Positions 35,876 to 47,539 of a stretch of 64,000 nucleotides of DNA are shown here, piece by piece. Made by a program: the position numbers and the translations under genes. The stretch is from positions 1 to 64,000 of the forward strand of contig NW_021832844.1 of the NCBI RefSeq assembly GCF_006345805.1, written 5' to 3'. The notes under the pieces were generated by a model that was not told the origin of the DNA, did not search any database, and worked only from the letters and a program-made list of their open reading frames with translations. Source of the DNA: Octopus sinensis. Its lineage: Eukaryota. Each line of letters begins with the position of its first letter. Within the stretch, counting starts at the first letter, position 1.

Positions 35876-35979
35876 AATTGCAGTTGAATTATTTATTCAA
35901 ACTAGAGCAATGAGATAAAATCCAAGCATTTGGTTTTTAAAAATTGAATTTGTATATTATTTTTCAGCGGAAACAGGGC

Positions 35980-36400
35980 AGTCAATTTTAGCAGACAGAA
36001 ATTGGGATTACTTCACAACGATCCTTGAAGCATGTAGAAGTAGAGAAATTACATAAATATGACCTTTTGGCGAACGAATTGAAGGTAATCCATAATGCAA
36101 ACGTGAATGTCGTACCGTTGGTTATTATGTGGGATGGAATAACATCCAGATTCTATAAACACTACCAGAACTCCTTGCAAGTCCAGGGATCTACGCGAGC
36201 TTATATTTAGTCAATCGTGATCAAGGATCTCACATTGGAAAGCATGCGCCCGGAGTATAAACTCCTTCTTACAGCGGCGAAGCATGCAACTAAATCGGAC
36301 TCGAGAACAACCACAAAAGTGGCCTGCCCTGTAAAATGGATAAGTGTACCCGTCGAGAACATTTGCTCGGGCTCGAAGAGAAGGAGAATCGACTGAAAGC
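35980..36400 (+). mobile_element. R4/Dong-like retroelement endonuclease fragment
   Basis: EIGITSQRSLKHVEVEKLHKYDLLANEL...VVPLVIMWDG, homologous to 61273-62283. Confidence 0.8.
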
Positions 36401-36932
36401 AGACGTATTAATTAGAAATCAATTTTATCTGGACTTTTCAAATAAATTGTTTGGTAATATGATACATTAAGTATTGTTGTTATAGGAAGTATATTTGGAA
36501 AGCCTATGGGCTTGTATTTAAGATAACTAAATTAAATGACGATGATTGCACCCTCAAACAGTAGTATTTGTTTTTTTCATTCTGTTTTGGTTGGGGATTT
36601 GTTCAGGAGACTTGCTTTCTTACATTAAAAAGCTGAGAAAATCCCGAAAATGAAGTTGGACAGAATGATAATAATTTGGAGTTATTCTTGATTGATTTTT
36701 TAGTTTAAAATAAAGTCATCAATTTATTCATTCCCCCCATTATACATCTTTATTAGACAGACAAAAATATAAAAAAAAAATTTTTTATTTACGTAGAATA
36801 AAATATAAAATAATCTGAATTATTGGTTTTACCCTCAAAATGTAAATGCGACCGCTTTATTTATTCGTGCAAGTCCAAAAAACTTTCTCAATATATCTAA
36901 ATTGGAATCAACAAATAAAAATCATTAAAAAT

Positions 36933-37930
36933 TTAAACGTCAGGGCCATTGGGTACAAACGTACTAAGGATGAATTTTATGTCATCTGGCAGATCAGCCA
37001 CTTTCTGATCTTCCAAAAAGTCAAAATCATTTTCGTCCGATTTATCTCCAACTTCCTGTTCGTTCCTTTCCACCTCCGACATCACATCCAAAGGAATATC
37101 AAAGACACATTTCTCTTCTATAGTTTTGCAATCTTGGAAGATCTCTTTCAATACACACCGACTCAACGGGAAAGTCACCAGACACCTCCCCCACAGGACT
37201 ATTCAATGAACCCCCCTCACTTTCCAAATTATGTGATTCCCAAATACTATCCATTTTCGATGAGGCGACTGTCGTGCATTCCACTGACAAGTCGCGGGGC
37301 TTCGATCAGGGGATAACCCGAGAATGGACAGTTTCAGGTTCCCACACACATCGACGTACATAGACAGAATGACACTGTTCGGTGAATTGTGCAGTGCGGA
37401 ATAAGTGAAGAAAAAAAGGGGGACACTCGACGAAGTGACATGTGTGCACAAATGACATTGCAGCCTTATACAAAGCAAGACGACAATCGGGACTACTCCC
37501 CACTCCACTGCATAGCTCGAGGAAGACAAAAATCATAAACATCCCTCACCAATGAACAATCTAACGTGCGGCCAAATACAGAGAACACGGAAGAGACCAC
37601 CGCTAGTCAAGAATGCACATTATACTCACAATTCAGCATCCCCCGAATTACCGACGGTGATTGGTGAGGACAACGCAAAGCGGTCCCCTCCAACGTCACA
37701 TATTTCCGTTTTCAACGTCGTTAGTGGATGGGGACCGACACGTGCGGCCACACTGACTCTACCGTCTACAATATTACAAACCAAAACCTCATTTTTTATG
37801 ACAGAATACAAAATAGAAGAGAATATACCATAAAAGCAGCAGCCTGAAGTCAAGAAAAAACGTACAATTACAGGGAGAGACGAAGGGAAGCCCCGACAGT
37901 TGCATGTTGATCGAATCCATCTGCACATAC
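36933..37930 (-). CDS. Uncharacterised intron-containing gene
   Basis: Coding-like composition, overlapping minus-strand ORFs joinable by 22-25 nt GT-AG introns, acidic C-terminus ending at stop 36933; family not recognised. Confidence 0.4.
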
Positions 37931-38899
37931 AAATGAGGAATATTGAGCTCACAAAATAAACTTTTCTTCTAGATTTTGGTCTTGGCGGGAGAAGAGACAA
38001 ACGAATCGTCGACGGAGATGTTCTGTTTTATTTTATTGGCCAGAGTACGTACAAATGAGACTTTCTGCCGTTTCGAAAGCGTGGCGACGGATTCGTTTTT
38101 ATAGGTAATTTAATTGCTTTGAGACTGGCTGCTTATATTTGATTAATAATTCAACTTGTAAGCCATTCTACTAATGTTCTTACACGTAATTCATATCTCA
38201 CGGTTTGATAATCCCTCTGGTTAGTTAATACTCTTCTAACTTTATTAAAAATAAAGAATTGTCATCTGATCAACTTTAGTTCTCTGGACACGGTTATTAG
38301 GTACTTCAAAAAGATAATTTTGGAAGCAAGAGGATGCTATACAAACGGCATGCTGCTACTGGTCGAAGGAGGTCTGCCTTGGCCAAGGAAAGAAATCGTC
38401 TCAAGAAATCCTACGAATGACTTCAGACATGATGATCTATATCAGAACATTTTTATTTATTTATTTAAACGCCAAGACCACGATGAGAGTCAAACAAAAG
38501 TCACGTGATCCCGATGCAGTCGACGAGGGACCTCATTTTCGCTGGGTGATCTTTCCACGAGCCCACACAAGATCCCACCGAGCGGCAGGCCGTTTTTGAC
38601 AGAGCCGGATTAAAGTGTTTGAAATTGAATCGGGTTCTTAAAACTGTAAACTGAAATCGATCAATAAGAGAAATGTGAAAAATCATTCGGCACGCAGCAA
38701 AGAGCAATTAAACTGCATCTGCAGAGGAATATATTCAAAAGGGTTGAATAATCTGATAAAGTTCTATGCGAAAATATCACATAAAAAAGAGAGAAAATCT
38801 GACACAGCACCCTAAAACATAAGAAACGGTCAGCACCTTTTTTTTCGGTGAGAGATGTAGGATACTTCAATAAACCCAAATGTGATACCGTCATTATGG

Positions 38900-39400
38900 A
38901 CACAGCCATTTATAAAGAAACGACTCTCCATCTTTCATACCGGTTATGGTTCTTGGAAGAATAAAAGAATTTTTACCATAAAGGTCTTTTCAATATAGGT
39001 TTAAGGAGAAGTCCACGTCTACATGCTTAAAAACATTCACTGATTTCATTCTTACTGGATTTGCAAGTAAACCGAAACACTTAAAAAGTTTTCTTTATTC
39101 TGTCGGCATACACAAAGCCTTTAACTTTGTCTCAAGGAGAATTCTATCAAAGAAATTAATTCCAGGGAAGCTCAAATTATAAATTTCACCTTTTAAGTGG
39201 AAAAAGGAAAAGGGTGTGACTTGAAGGCCTGAAGTCTACGTATCATCTTCCGCCCAACAGAGTACCTCAGGGATCCTCTTTATCTTTGGCCCTTTTCAAC
39301 TTCTTCCTGGAAGATCTTCCGCCCCCTACTGACAATAATGATTTCATCCTATTTTATGCGGATGACATCGTATTGGCCCCACGGGATCTCCACAAGTGAA
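38900..39400 (+). mobile_element. Degenerate non-LTR reverse transcriptase fragment
   Basis: HKAFNFV, VPQGSSLS and ILFYADDIVL motifs on the plus strand. Confidence 0.55.
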
Positions 39401-40269
39401 GAGTACTTCCGCATCTTTTTGCATTAAGAAATTGTGGCGATTGATCCAGAGGCGGTTTACAATAAATGTGTTTTCTCTCTTGAAAGAAAACACAGTGATA
39501 CAGTCCTGTTTTTTCCCATCTCCCCAATCGATCCCAGTAGGTTCAACTATGAAGAAGATTCCGAAGACTTCCAAAAGCTCTCCTGATAAGGTTAATGGCT
39601 TATTTGATAATAAAAATTTCTAAGCTTTTGCCTAGATAGACAAACTAATCACTTTATGTTTGTCATTTTTAATTTCATATCATTAAAGTTTTATTTTTGT
39701 GGCATTATTTTGAGTAAGGAATAATCTATTTTTCATACATTTGCGAAGAGTTTAAAATTTTAGAATACAAATAAAGTCAAACCCCGTTTACTTGCCAAAT
39801 TTTAGACCAAGCCAAAAGATGGAGATTAACTGAATTTAACGAGTAACTGAATAATCAATAAAAATTTTATATGCACAAAATTTAAAAATAATTAAACTAA
39901 ATAAGTAAGGGGGCTAAACCAATAAAGATAAAGAACATGGTTTTATGGTTTATAACATAATGATGGAACTGAAAAATTTATAAAATCTGATTAAAAAGTT
40001 GTTTTAATCCAATAGTACTAAACTGCATTATTTTATTTTTGAACTATAGTGATCTAAAACAGATGTTTAGCCTAAATTCCAGTCTTTTTGACAAATTAAA
40101 TTTTAAAAATCCACCTAACTCTATTTTGCGAGAATAAATTTTTCTTTGATCTTATTTCTTAAAACCGTACTACAATTTCATACTCTACCGTCTTTGATGT
40201 TGTAGTTATAATTTTACGTCGCGATTAAAGTGATATTTATGAATATACCAACGTGTTAAATTGATAAAA

Positions 40270-41044
40270 ATGTTTCGAATGGTAGCTTTGAATTTTCTAA
40301 TTTCGTCTTAGAATGAGATAAGTAGGACAACTGTGGTGGCCCTATCCTATTTTGGAGGGGTTGTTCTTGCTGCAGATAGCAGAACAACCCAAAATCCGAA
40401 TACTCGGAACGAAACCTGTAATAAATTGTTCAACTAACAAATTAGATAACAACATTACAAAGAAAATATTTCAAATTACAATCAACTCGATTGTAGGGTT
40501 CTCGGGGAACATGTATGTTTGTGAAATATTGTTGGATGCATGTCGTTCTAAATATTTGTATTTTTCTGATTAATTTGTTATTTAGATTCGCCCAACATGT
40601 CGAACCATGGACTTTAGCAATGTTCATTAAAAAAATTTTGGCAAAATACAAACATCCAAATCTATTGTCGGTATATTTTATTTTTTTATATTTTTAGGGC
40701 GTGGTTCTTGTATGTCTTTATAACGGTAGAACCTACACAGTTAGGATTAATTCCTTTGAATTTGTGGACAAATTAAATTTCCCGACGGCAATGGGATCTG
40801 GACAAATCTTCGCATTGGAGTGGATATTCAGCCAGTATTTCTGTATAATTATTGGCAGTTACCCCGGAGGATTTATAACGCAAAGTGAGGCGATTAAAGT
40901 AGCCCACGATGCAATAAATTATGCTGCGCGAAAAGACCGATTCACAGGAGGATTTTCCCAAAGTATATTTTAATAAATAATATCTTAGTTTACACAATAT
41001 CTTCATCTGGGATTAGTTTTGTGGGGGCAACCCAACTAAACTAA
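40270..41044 (+). CDS. PSMB5: Divergent proteasome beta5-like subunit
   Basis: Spliced: MFRMNEISR-TTVVALSYFGGVVLAADSRTT...KKIFQI...FSGN...KYKHPNLLSGVVLV...AMGSG...AINYAARKDRFTGG...IYTISSSG. Introns about 24-30 nt; stop TAA 41042-41044. Orthology to beta5 rather than a paralogue is uncertain. Confidence 0.78.
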
Positions 41045-41568
41045 TTGAAAAAAAATCTAGAAACCGAAACCTTTGATGTAATTGGTTTAACGAATTTTGT
41101 GCCTCTTATAAAATAAATATTTTTCATTTCTTTCCTTACAGTTGTAAGTTGAAACATATTGGTGGCGAATGGTAATCAAAAAACACTCATTTCTTTTTCA
41201 AGTTCACTTCAAAAAGTATCTCAAATTGTCAGAAATCATGTTGTTTTCTTTTTGTATCGATTCATATCAGCATTCGATGTGCGGAAAGCAATGTCTTGGG
41301 GAAACTTTTCTAACAAGCCTGCCACAATACTCATAATAGTAAATAATTAACATTTAGGAGACGTAATTTTAAATATTATAAAATTAAGTTGTAATATTTT
41401 TCTAATAATTTTTTAAATATATATTAAAATTATTTTAATAAATTTTGTTTCCTTTGTTGTTGTACTTTTTTAAATGCAATTACATTTTAGCTCAATAGAT
41501 AACACAACAGGCTGATTGTTTTTTAATTACGCTGTTAGATTATACGCAGGAAGAATTATTGGAAATTA

Positions 41569-42078
41569 GTGATACATTACATCTTGGCTCAAGAGAAAAC
41601 ACAACAGGCTGTTTGTTTTTTAATTACGCTGTTAGGTTATACGCATAAAGAATTATCGAAAATTCTTGATAAATTGATTTCTCCGCGATGTAAGTTCACA
41701 TTTTCCAGTCCTGAAATTCAACATATGCTGTCACATAGCGAAAAAGAGTATATAAAAAATAACAACCTTCTCCACAAGAGAGTCACAGCAGAAACATTCG
41801 GAGGTGAAGAGCTTGGAAGATGCGTATATTGTGGCAGGCTCATTCGAAAAGCTTCCCCAAGTACAGTTGTACTTTGTGAGGATTGTCCCGGACATATTCG
41901 TTGCCTAAGATTTGTGAATGGAGATGACCATTTTTTAATGTATTCAAAATCCGAACAACAAAAGGTCGTAAATTTTTTTCCCAAAAAAGATAAGCTCGCA
42001 AATTTTTTTTCCGAACCAGATAACGTCGCAACATCTCTTGAATACCAACAAAAAGCCAAATTATTTGGTTTTTATTAA
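41569..42078 (+). CDS. Orphan ORF with a CxxC...CxxC..HxxC cluster
   Basis: About 165 open codons containing CVYC-x13-CEDC-PG-HIRC; upstream partial duplication and an inverted remnant nearby. Confidence 0.35.
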   Translation: MIHYILAQEKTQQAVCFLITLLGYTHKELSKILDKLISPRCKFTFSSPEIQHMLSHSEKEYIKNNNLLHKRVTAETFGGEELGRCVYCGRLIRKASPSTVVLCEDCPGHIRCLRFVNGDDHFLMYSKSEQQKVVNFFPKKDKLANFFSEPDNVATSLEYQQKAKLFGFY

Positions 42079-42183
42079 TTGGTTTAATAAATTTCATTGG
42101 TTTTGTTTAATAAATTTCATGGTTTAATTGAGAAATTAGTTTACTTCCTTCCTTGTAGAATGTTTTTTCCATGATGTTTCACA

Positions 42184-42553
42184 ATATGGAAATTTCCAAA
42201 TTCAATATGGGATTTCCAAGTTCAAAGTGGGATTTCCAAGTTCAATATGGAAATTTCCAAGAATTTCCAAGTTCAAATTTTTAAATTCAATATGGGATTT
42301 CCATGTTCAAAGTGGGATTTCCAAGTTCAAATTTCCAAATTCAATATTGGATTTCCATGTTCAAAGTGGGATTTCCAAGTTCAAATTTCCAAATTCAATA
42401 TTGGATTTCCATGTTCAAAGTGGGATTTCCAAGTTCAATATGAAAATTTCCAAGGATTTCCAAGTTCAAATTTCCAAATTCAATATGGAAATTTCCAAAT
42501 TCAATATTGGATTTCCATGTTCAAAGTGGGATTTCCAAGTTCAATATGGAAAT
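42184..42553. repeat. Minisatellite, left arm (14-21 bp ATTTCCA-core subunits; 54- and 106-bp higher-order units)
   Basis: Tandem variants of TTCAATATGGGATTTCCAAG, TTCAAAGTGGGATTTCCAAG and TTCAAATTTCCAAA. Confidence 0.95.
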
Positions 42554-43445
42554 ACCCTGTTGCTGTTCTCGCCTGGAGATCGCTCGGACTTGGCCTTCCG
42601 GAGATTCCTTCAATACAGAAGAGTTGGGATGTCATCCGGTGCACACACCTGTTGGAGAGTCTTCGCACGCGAGTCGACCAGTTGGAACTGGCTTCTTTGA
42701 ACTGTGCCTGTCAGCCTCACTCAGGAGACTGGCTAAACGCACTTCCGTTGGCGTCCAATGGTCTGCTTATGGAAGACGAAACTATACGTATCGGAGTGTG
42801 TCTTCGACTTGGACTTGAAATCTGCCAACCTCACCGTTGTCGCTGTGGTTTTTTGATTCCTTCGAACGGTTTACACGCATTGTCCTGTAGGAGGAGTACT
42901 GGCCGATTTCCCCGCCACGTCCTCCTCAATGAAGTAGTGAAAAGGGCTTTGGATTCTGCGGGATTCCCATCGACCCTTGAACCTATTGTGCTCTGCCGCA
43001 GTGACGGAAAGCGTCCTGACGGGATGACTATATTCCCCTTTAGAGGAGGAAGGTCTCTTGTTTGGGATGTAACTTGCGTCGACTCCTTTTCAGATACTGT
43101 GCTCACAGGAACAGCCAGTACACCAGGCTACGCATGTGCGCTGGCAGAAGAAAGGAAGTTGACGAAGTACGCTGTGCTTCCGAACGTCGTTGAGTTTGTC
43201 CCCCTAGCCTTTGAGACTTCCGGTGTGGTTGGAAAGAAGGTAGAAAATCTGTTACGGGTTGTGGGAGGAAGAATCTCACAGAATACAAATGACCGGAGGG
43301 AGACGAGCTGGCTTTTCCAGCGCATCTCGGTTGCAATTCTTCGCGGGAACTGCCTCTCTATCCGCAGTGCTTCGTCGTCGGACTAACCCTCAAGTTCACG
43401 ACATTAATTCTCTATTCATCCTATGTTTTTCTCTTTGTCAAAATA
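42554..43445 (+). mobile_element. 5'-truncated CRE-like retroelement (thumb, CCHC knuckle, RLE) inserted in the minisatellite
   Basis: Uninterrupted GDWLNALP...CRCG...HALSC...RH, RPDG, WDVTCVD, KLTKY, FVPLAFETSG, ILRGN. 11-bp duplication AATATGGAAAT (42543-42553, 43446-43456). Confidence 0.93.
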
Positions 43446-43716
43446 AATATGGAAATTTCCAAGGATTTCCAAGTTCAAATTTCCAAATTCAATATGGAAA
43501 TTTCCAAATTCAATATTGGATTTCCATGTTCAAAGTGGGATTTCCAAGTTCAATATGGAAATTTCCAAGGATTTCCAAGTTCAAATTTCCAAATTCAATA
43601 TGGAAATTTCCAAATTCAATATTGGATTTCCATGTTCAAAGTGGGATTTCCAAGTTCAATATGGAAATTTCCAAGGATTTCCAAGTTCAAATTTCCAAAT
43701 TCAATATGGAAATTTA
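43446..43716. repeat. Minisatellite, right arm
   Basis: 106-bp units start at 43447, 43553 and 43659. Confidence 0.95.
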
Positions 43717-43719
43717 CCA

Positions 43720-43792
43720 TTTTTACCACCTATCGTGTGTAGGTTTATCTAAGGCCTCATCCTCCCGTATTCCTCTATGGAGATGTCTAGAG
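43720..43792 (+). other. PHD-finger C-terminal half, like the N-terminus of the CRE-like ORF at 8414, cut by the hAT end
   Basis: FYHLSCVGLSKASSSRIPLWRC versus FHLSCIGLKRKQAFAFQTWNC. Confidence 0.55.
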
Positions 43793-45458
43793 CAGGCATT
43801 CTCAATCTTTTTTTGTTCATCGCCCCCTTAGATATTTTATCGCCCCCTTGTCCACATATAATTTAAAATTTTTTGTGCATTGTCCCTTAATTGGTTGTTT
43901 TTTGTATATAACTCAAAAATCAAAATATAAAATAATAAATCAAATGTACAAAATTGAATTTTTATTAAAAATTATTAGTGAGCCCCTTGATATTGATGTT
44001 TACTCGCTAAATATTCTATGTCGGGTTTAATTCAGACCCTGGGACATCGTCGTCTCAGGCCGATCTTGCGGGAAGGATTGAACCTTTCAGAAGGATCTCC
44101 CTCGTTTGGATCGGCGATCACGGGAATAATTATAATTAACTGGCTTTGCCCGTGTTTGGTCTTTAAATAATAATAATAATAATAATTCTGCTCAACTTTA
44201 GGCGTATATCGCCTCTATAACACACTTCCAGTCTATTTCTTTCACATTGTGTATTATGATTGACAAAACTAAATCCACTTTCAACTAAATAAGTGGTTGG
44301 GAATGTCAATAGTACATTACTCATTTCCTTCCATAAATTTGGAAATTTCATTTGTAGATCTTTTGATTGCCAAAATTTAGAATATATCATTTTTTCGTGA
44401 AATTATCTCTTCTGCCAAAACCAAGTCTTCTTCAGTCTGCAAAAATGCGACTATTGCATCGTAAAAATTAACAAATCTTTCTAAAGCATTTCCTTTTGAA
44501 AGCCATCTTACTTCCGTGTGTAATAAAAGTCGAATAAAATCTTCACAAGCATCCTTACAAAACTTTCTAAAAAGACGATCACATTTGCTTCGTGTTTTAT
44601 TCTGTTAATTGTTTTAATTACAATATTTAAAGATTGATGTAAATCAGGACATATAATCTTCGATACCAGTTGATGGCGATGTAAAATACAATGAACCGTA
44701 ATGACCCATGGATAATCTTTTTTAATAAGAGAAACAAATCCCTTATATCTTCCAACCATTGACATAGCACCATCAGTCGCACATGAAACCAAATTTTCAA
44801 ATAATATTCCATTTGTTTCAAAAAACCCTTTTACTACGGAATATATTGACATTCCAGTTGTACAGGTTTCCAATAATTCGACAAACAATAAATCCTCATT
44901 TAATACACATTCATTATCGAAATACCTAAATTTTATTAAAACTTCGAAAATAACCTCACAAATCCCATTAAAACAGCTTTACTATCTACAATGACGCTTT
45001 CATCAAGTTGTAATGAAAACTTAATTCGCTTCAGTCTTTCAATAAGGATTTCCTTTACATTGTCACCCATTTCATCAATTCTTCGACGAATCGAATCATT
45101 GCTAAGAGGTAAGAGGTAGACTTTTAATAATTTTAGAAGCATCTTGATGCATTACATCCAATATTATTACTTCCAGTGATGGAATTATTACATTTTCTGC
45201 GATAGTATGAGAACTGGAAGTTTTCGCAATAATTTCAGCAATTTTATAAGAAGCGATGTGCGCACCCACAACTACATATAAATAAATGTTAAATAACCAT
45301 CATGTACTGGCTTTGTGAATAACGATTTGATCGTTTTCTTATTTTCAAATTCGAATATTTTATTAAATATATTATCGCCCCCCTGTACAAAATTATCGCC
45401 CCCCTGTACAAAATTTTCGCCCCTAGGGGGGCGATTCGCCCCCGGTTGAGAACACCTG
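43793..45458 (-). mobile_element. hAT (Charlie/ZBED5-like) element copy 2: both ends present, BED finger deleted
   Basis: Ends CAGGCATTCTCAATC (43793) and CAGGTGTTCTCAACC (reverse complement, ending 45458), subterminal ATCGCCCCC repeats. FSLQLDES, ATDGAMSMVG, HCILHRHQL, FPTTYLVESGFS. Confidence 0.93.
44034..44182 (+). mobile_element. 5'-truncated LINE 3' end with (TAA)n tail inserted in hAT copy 2
   Basis: TSD TAATTC (44028-44033, 44183-44188); the empty site GGGTTTAATTCTGCTC is seen in hAT copy 1. Confidence 0.88.
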
Positions 45459-45706
45459 GCGTAGAGTTTGTTTTTAAAATAGTGGAAAATTCAGATTTCA
45501 GTACATCATTGTTTATTGAAATTAAGTAGTTTTTAAACGACATTGTAAGACGGGATACATTGGTCAATTACTAAGTTTACTATTTTAACATCAATTGATT
45601 CAAGTTTCTATTTCTTAGTAAATATATTAATGATATTCATAGATCACTTCTATTGACAACATCAAGTCTCGTCCAGATTAGTGAATTTGTTTGATAAATC
45701 AGTGTA

Positions 45707-47533
45707 CAGTCAAACGCCTCTAAACTGAATCGGACTGTCAGAATTGTCCAGTATAACGGAAAGGCCGGTATATTGAACAAGTCATTAAATTTACTTATAA
45801 CTAAAAATGAAACAGTATTAATAGAAGTCTGTCAATAAGTATTTTTTCGTATTAAGCTTTGATTCAGCAATTGTTTTATTGTTCAGATAGATCAGTCTGT
45901 TGACGGGATTAAGTAATGCAAAGACTGAGAGCAAGCAAATTGCCAGATTTGCTTTAGAATTTGTTGGAAATTTGTGCGTATTAATTTTTCTATATGTTTT
46001 GGCTCTGTTTTTTATCAGAATCTGAGTCATTGTCATTCTTTTTAGAAGCTGAGATATTTGGTATTGCTCAACTAGGGCTGATTTCCATCTTTTGAATTAT
46101 CAGTGGGTAGTTCCAAGTCTAAGTTGACAAATTTTTTTGTTATTGAATTATTCACTAGACAATTAATGAGGGGTATAAACAGCAAATTATGTTCAGGATT
46201 GTAGTTTATATTATATGTTTAATAAATTTTTTTTTGCAAATGGTCTCGCATTAGTTTCTGTGTCCATTTTGCCAAGAAGTTAAGTTTTAGTAGTCTTTTG
46301 TATCTTCTTTGTGAGAAATGTTTGTGTCGGCTTAGGTGTTTGGATTTTTATTTGAATTTTCTTCTTTAAAAACAATTTTTAACTTAATTTTTTATCGAAG
46401 CTATCATCTTTTAGTTTTCGGTTTTCTGTCGAGTTTTTCGCAATACAGTGGATTTTATTTTTAACGAAAATTTAAAATAATTTTCGTTGGACACATTGCA
46501 TCACAGAAATCAATTTTCTCTATATCTTCATTTTTATTCTCTTAATCCTTATCTTTATAGGGCTCAATTGTTCTCAAAAATTCTTTTCATTGTTGTTGCA
46601 AATTTTATAGGTACAATTTTCATTATCATTTGAAATCGGAGAGTCCTCGTTAATAGTAGAGTCATCCGGAGTGTCCTGCTTTGCCCAATTGTTAAATACT
46701 TTTTCAATGCAATTCGTTACTGCTTTTCTTTTAATTTCATACCACGCTTCAATTATCAATGGTATTAGATCAACTATAATTTAAAATTTCTGATTTTTTC
46801 ATCTTTGAGATCATAAGATGACATTTTCGATAAAAAGTCAGCATGGCCTTCATATAAAAATACAGGATTGACTAATTGCGCATCTCCTGATATAGTACGA
46901 GATTTTATTCTTAAAAAAATTAATCCATGTACTTGAAGCTTTAAAATTTGGAAATGAAAATTTTACGAAATAACGAAAATTATTTTTGTTAAATTAAAAA
47001 ACTTAATTGTTATTTGCAATTCCCTTGATCACTTACCAATGCAAAATCCTCAATATGTAAAACCCTTCCGGAAACAAATGACGTGCGGTGAGCGACGGTA
47101 GGAGGCTGACAAATGGGAAAACTGGGCGGACCAGATATTCCCCACCTCTCTTTGGATCCGGAAAGCTGTATTGAAGATTTGAAGACTAATGTTGATCAGC
47201 ACGAACAGTTCCTTCTTTCTTGGCTTTTTTATTCGATTAGTTAGCTATGACTGTTTGTGCCGGATTTGCTATGCTAAGCAATCTTGGGGGTTAATAATAA
47301 TTTGCAATTCAAGGTTAAAGACGAATAATCGTATTTGATCAAAGATTGATGTCAAAATGCCGGTTTATGATAAAAGAAAATTAAAGTCGGACCACAAATA
47401 CAGACGGTATTCTAAATAGAATATTGAAGATAAAATAGAAATGATGGCCTATAAGGTGAATCGGAACCAGAAGTTTAGTCCGGTTTTAAGAAAATTCCGA
47501 TATACCGACAAGTCAGTTTAGAGGGATTTGTCC
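45707..47533 (-). mobile_element. Degenerate pogo/Tigger-like element
   Basis: TA-CAGTCAAACGCCTCTAAACTGA versus imperfect inverted TCAGTTTAGAGGGATTTGTCC-TA. Remnants FPNFKASSTWI and IIEAWYEIKRKAVTNC. Confidence 0.55.
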
Positions 47534-47539
47534 TATTTG

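Noticed and set aside
42184-43716. CRISPR-like array
   Set aside because: Repeats abut one another with no unique spacers, there are no cas genes, and the context is eukaryotic; it is a minisatellite.
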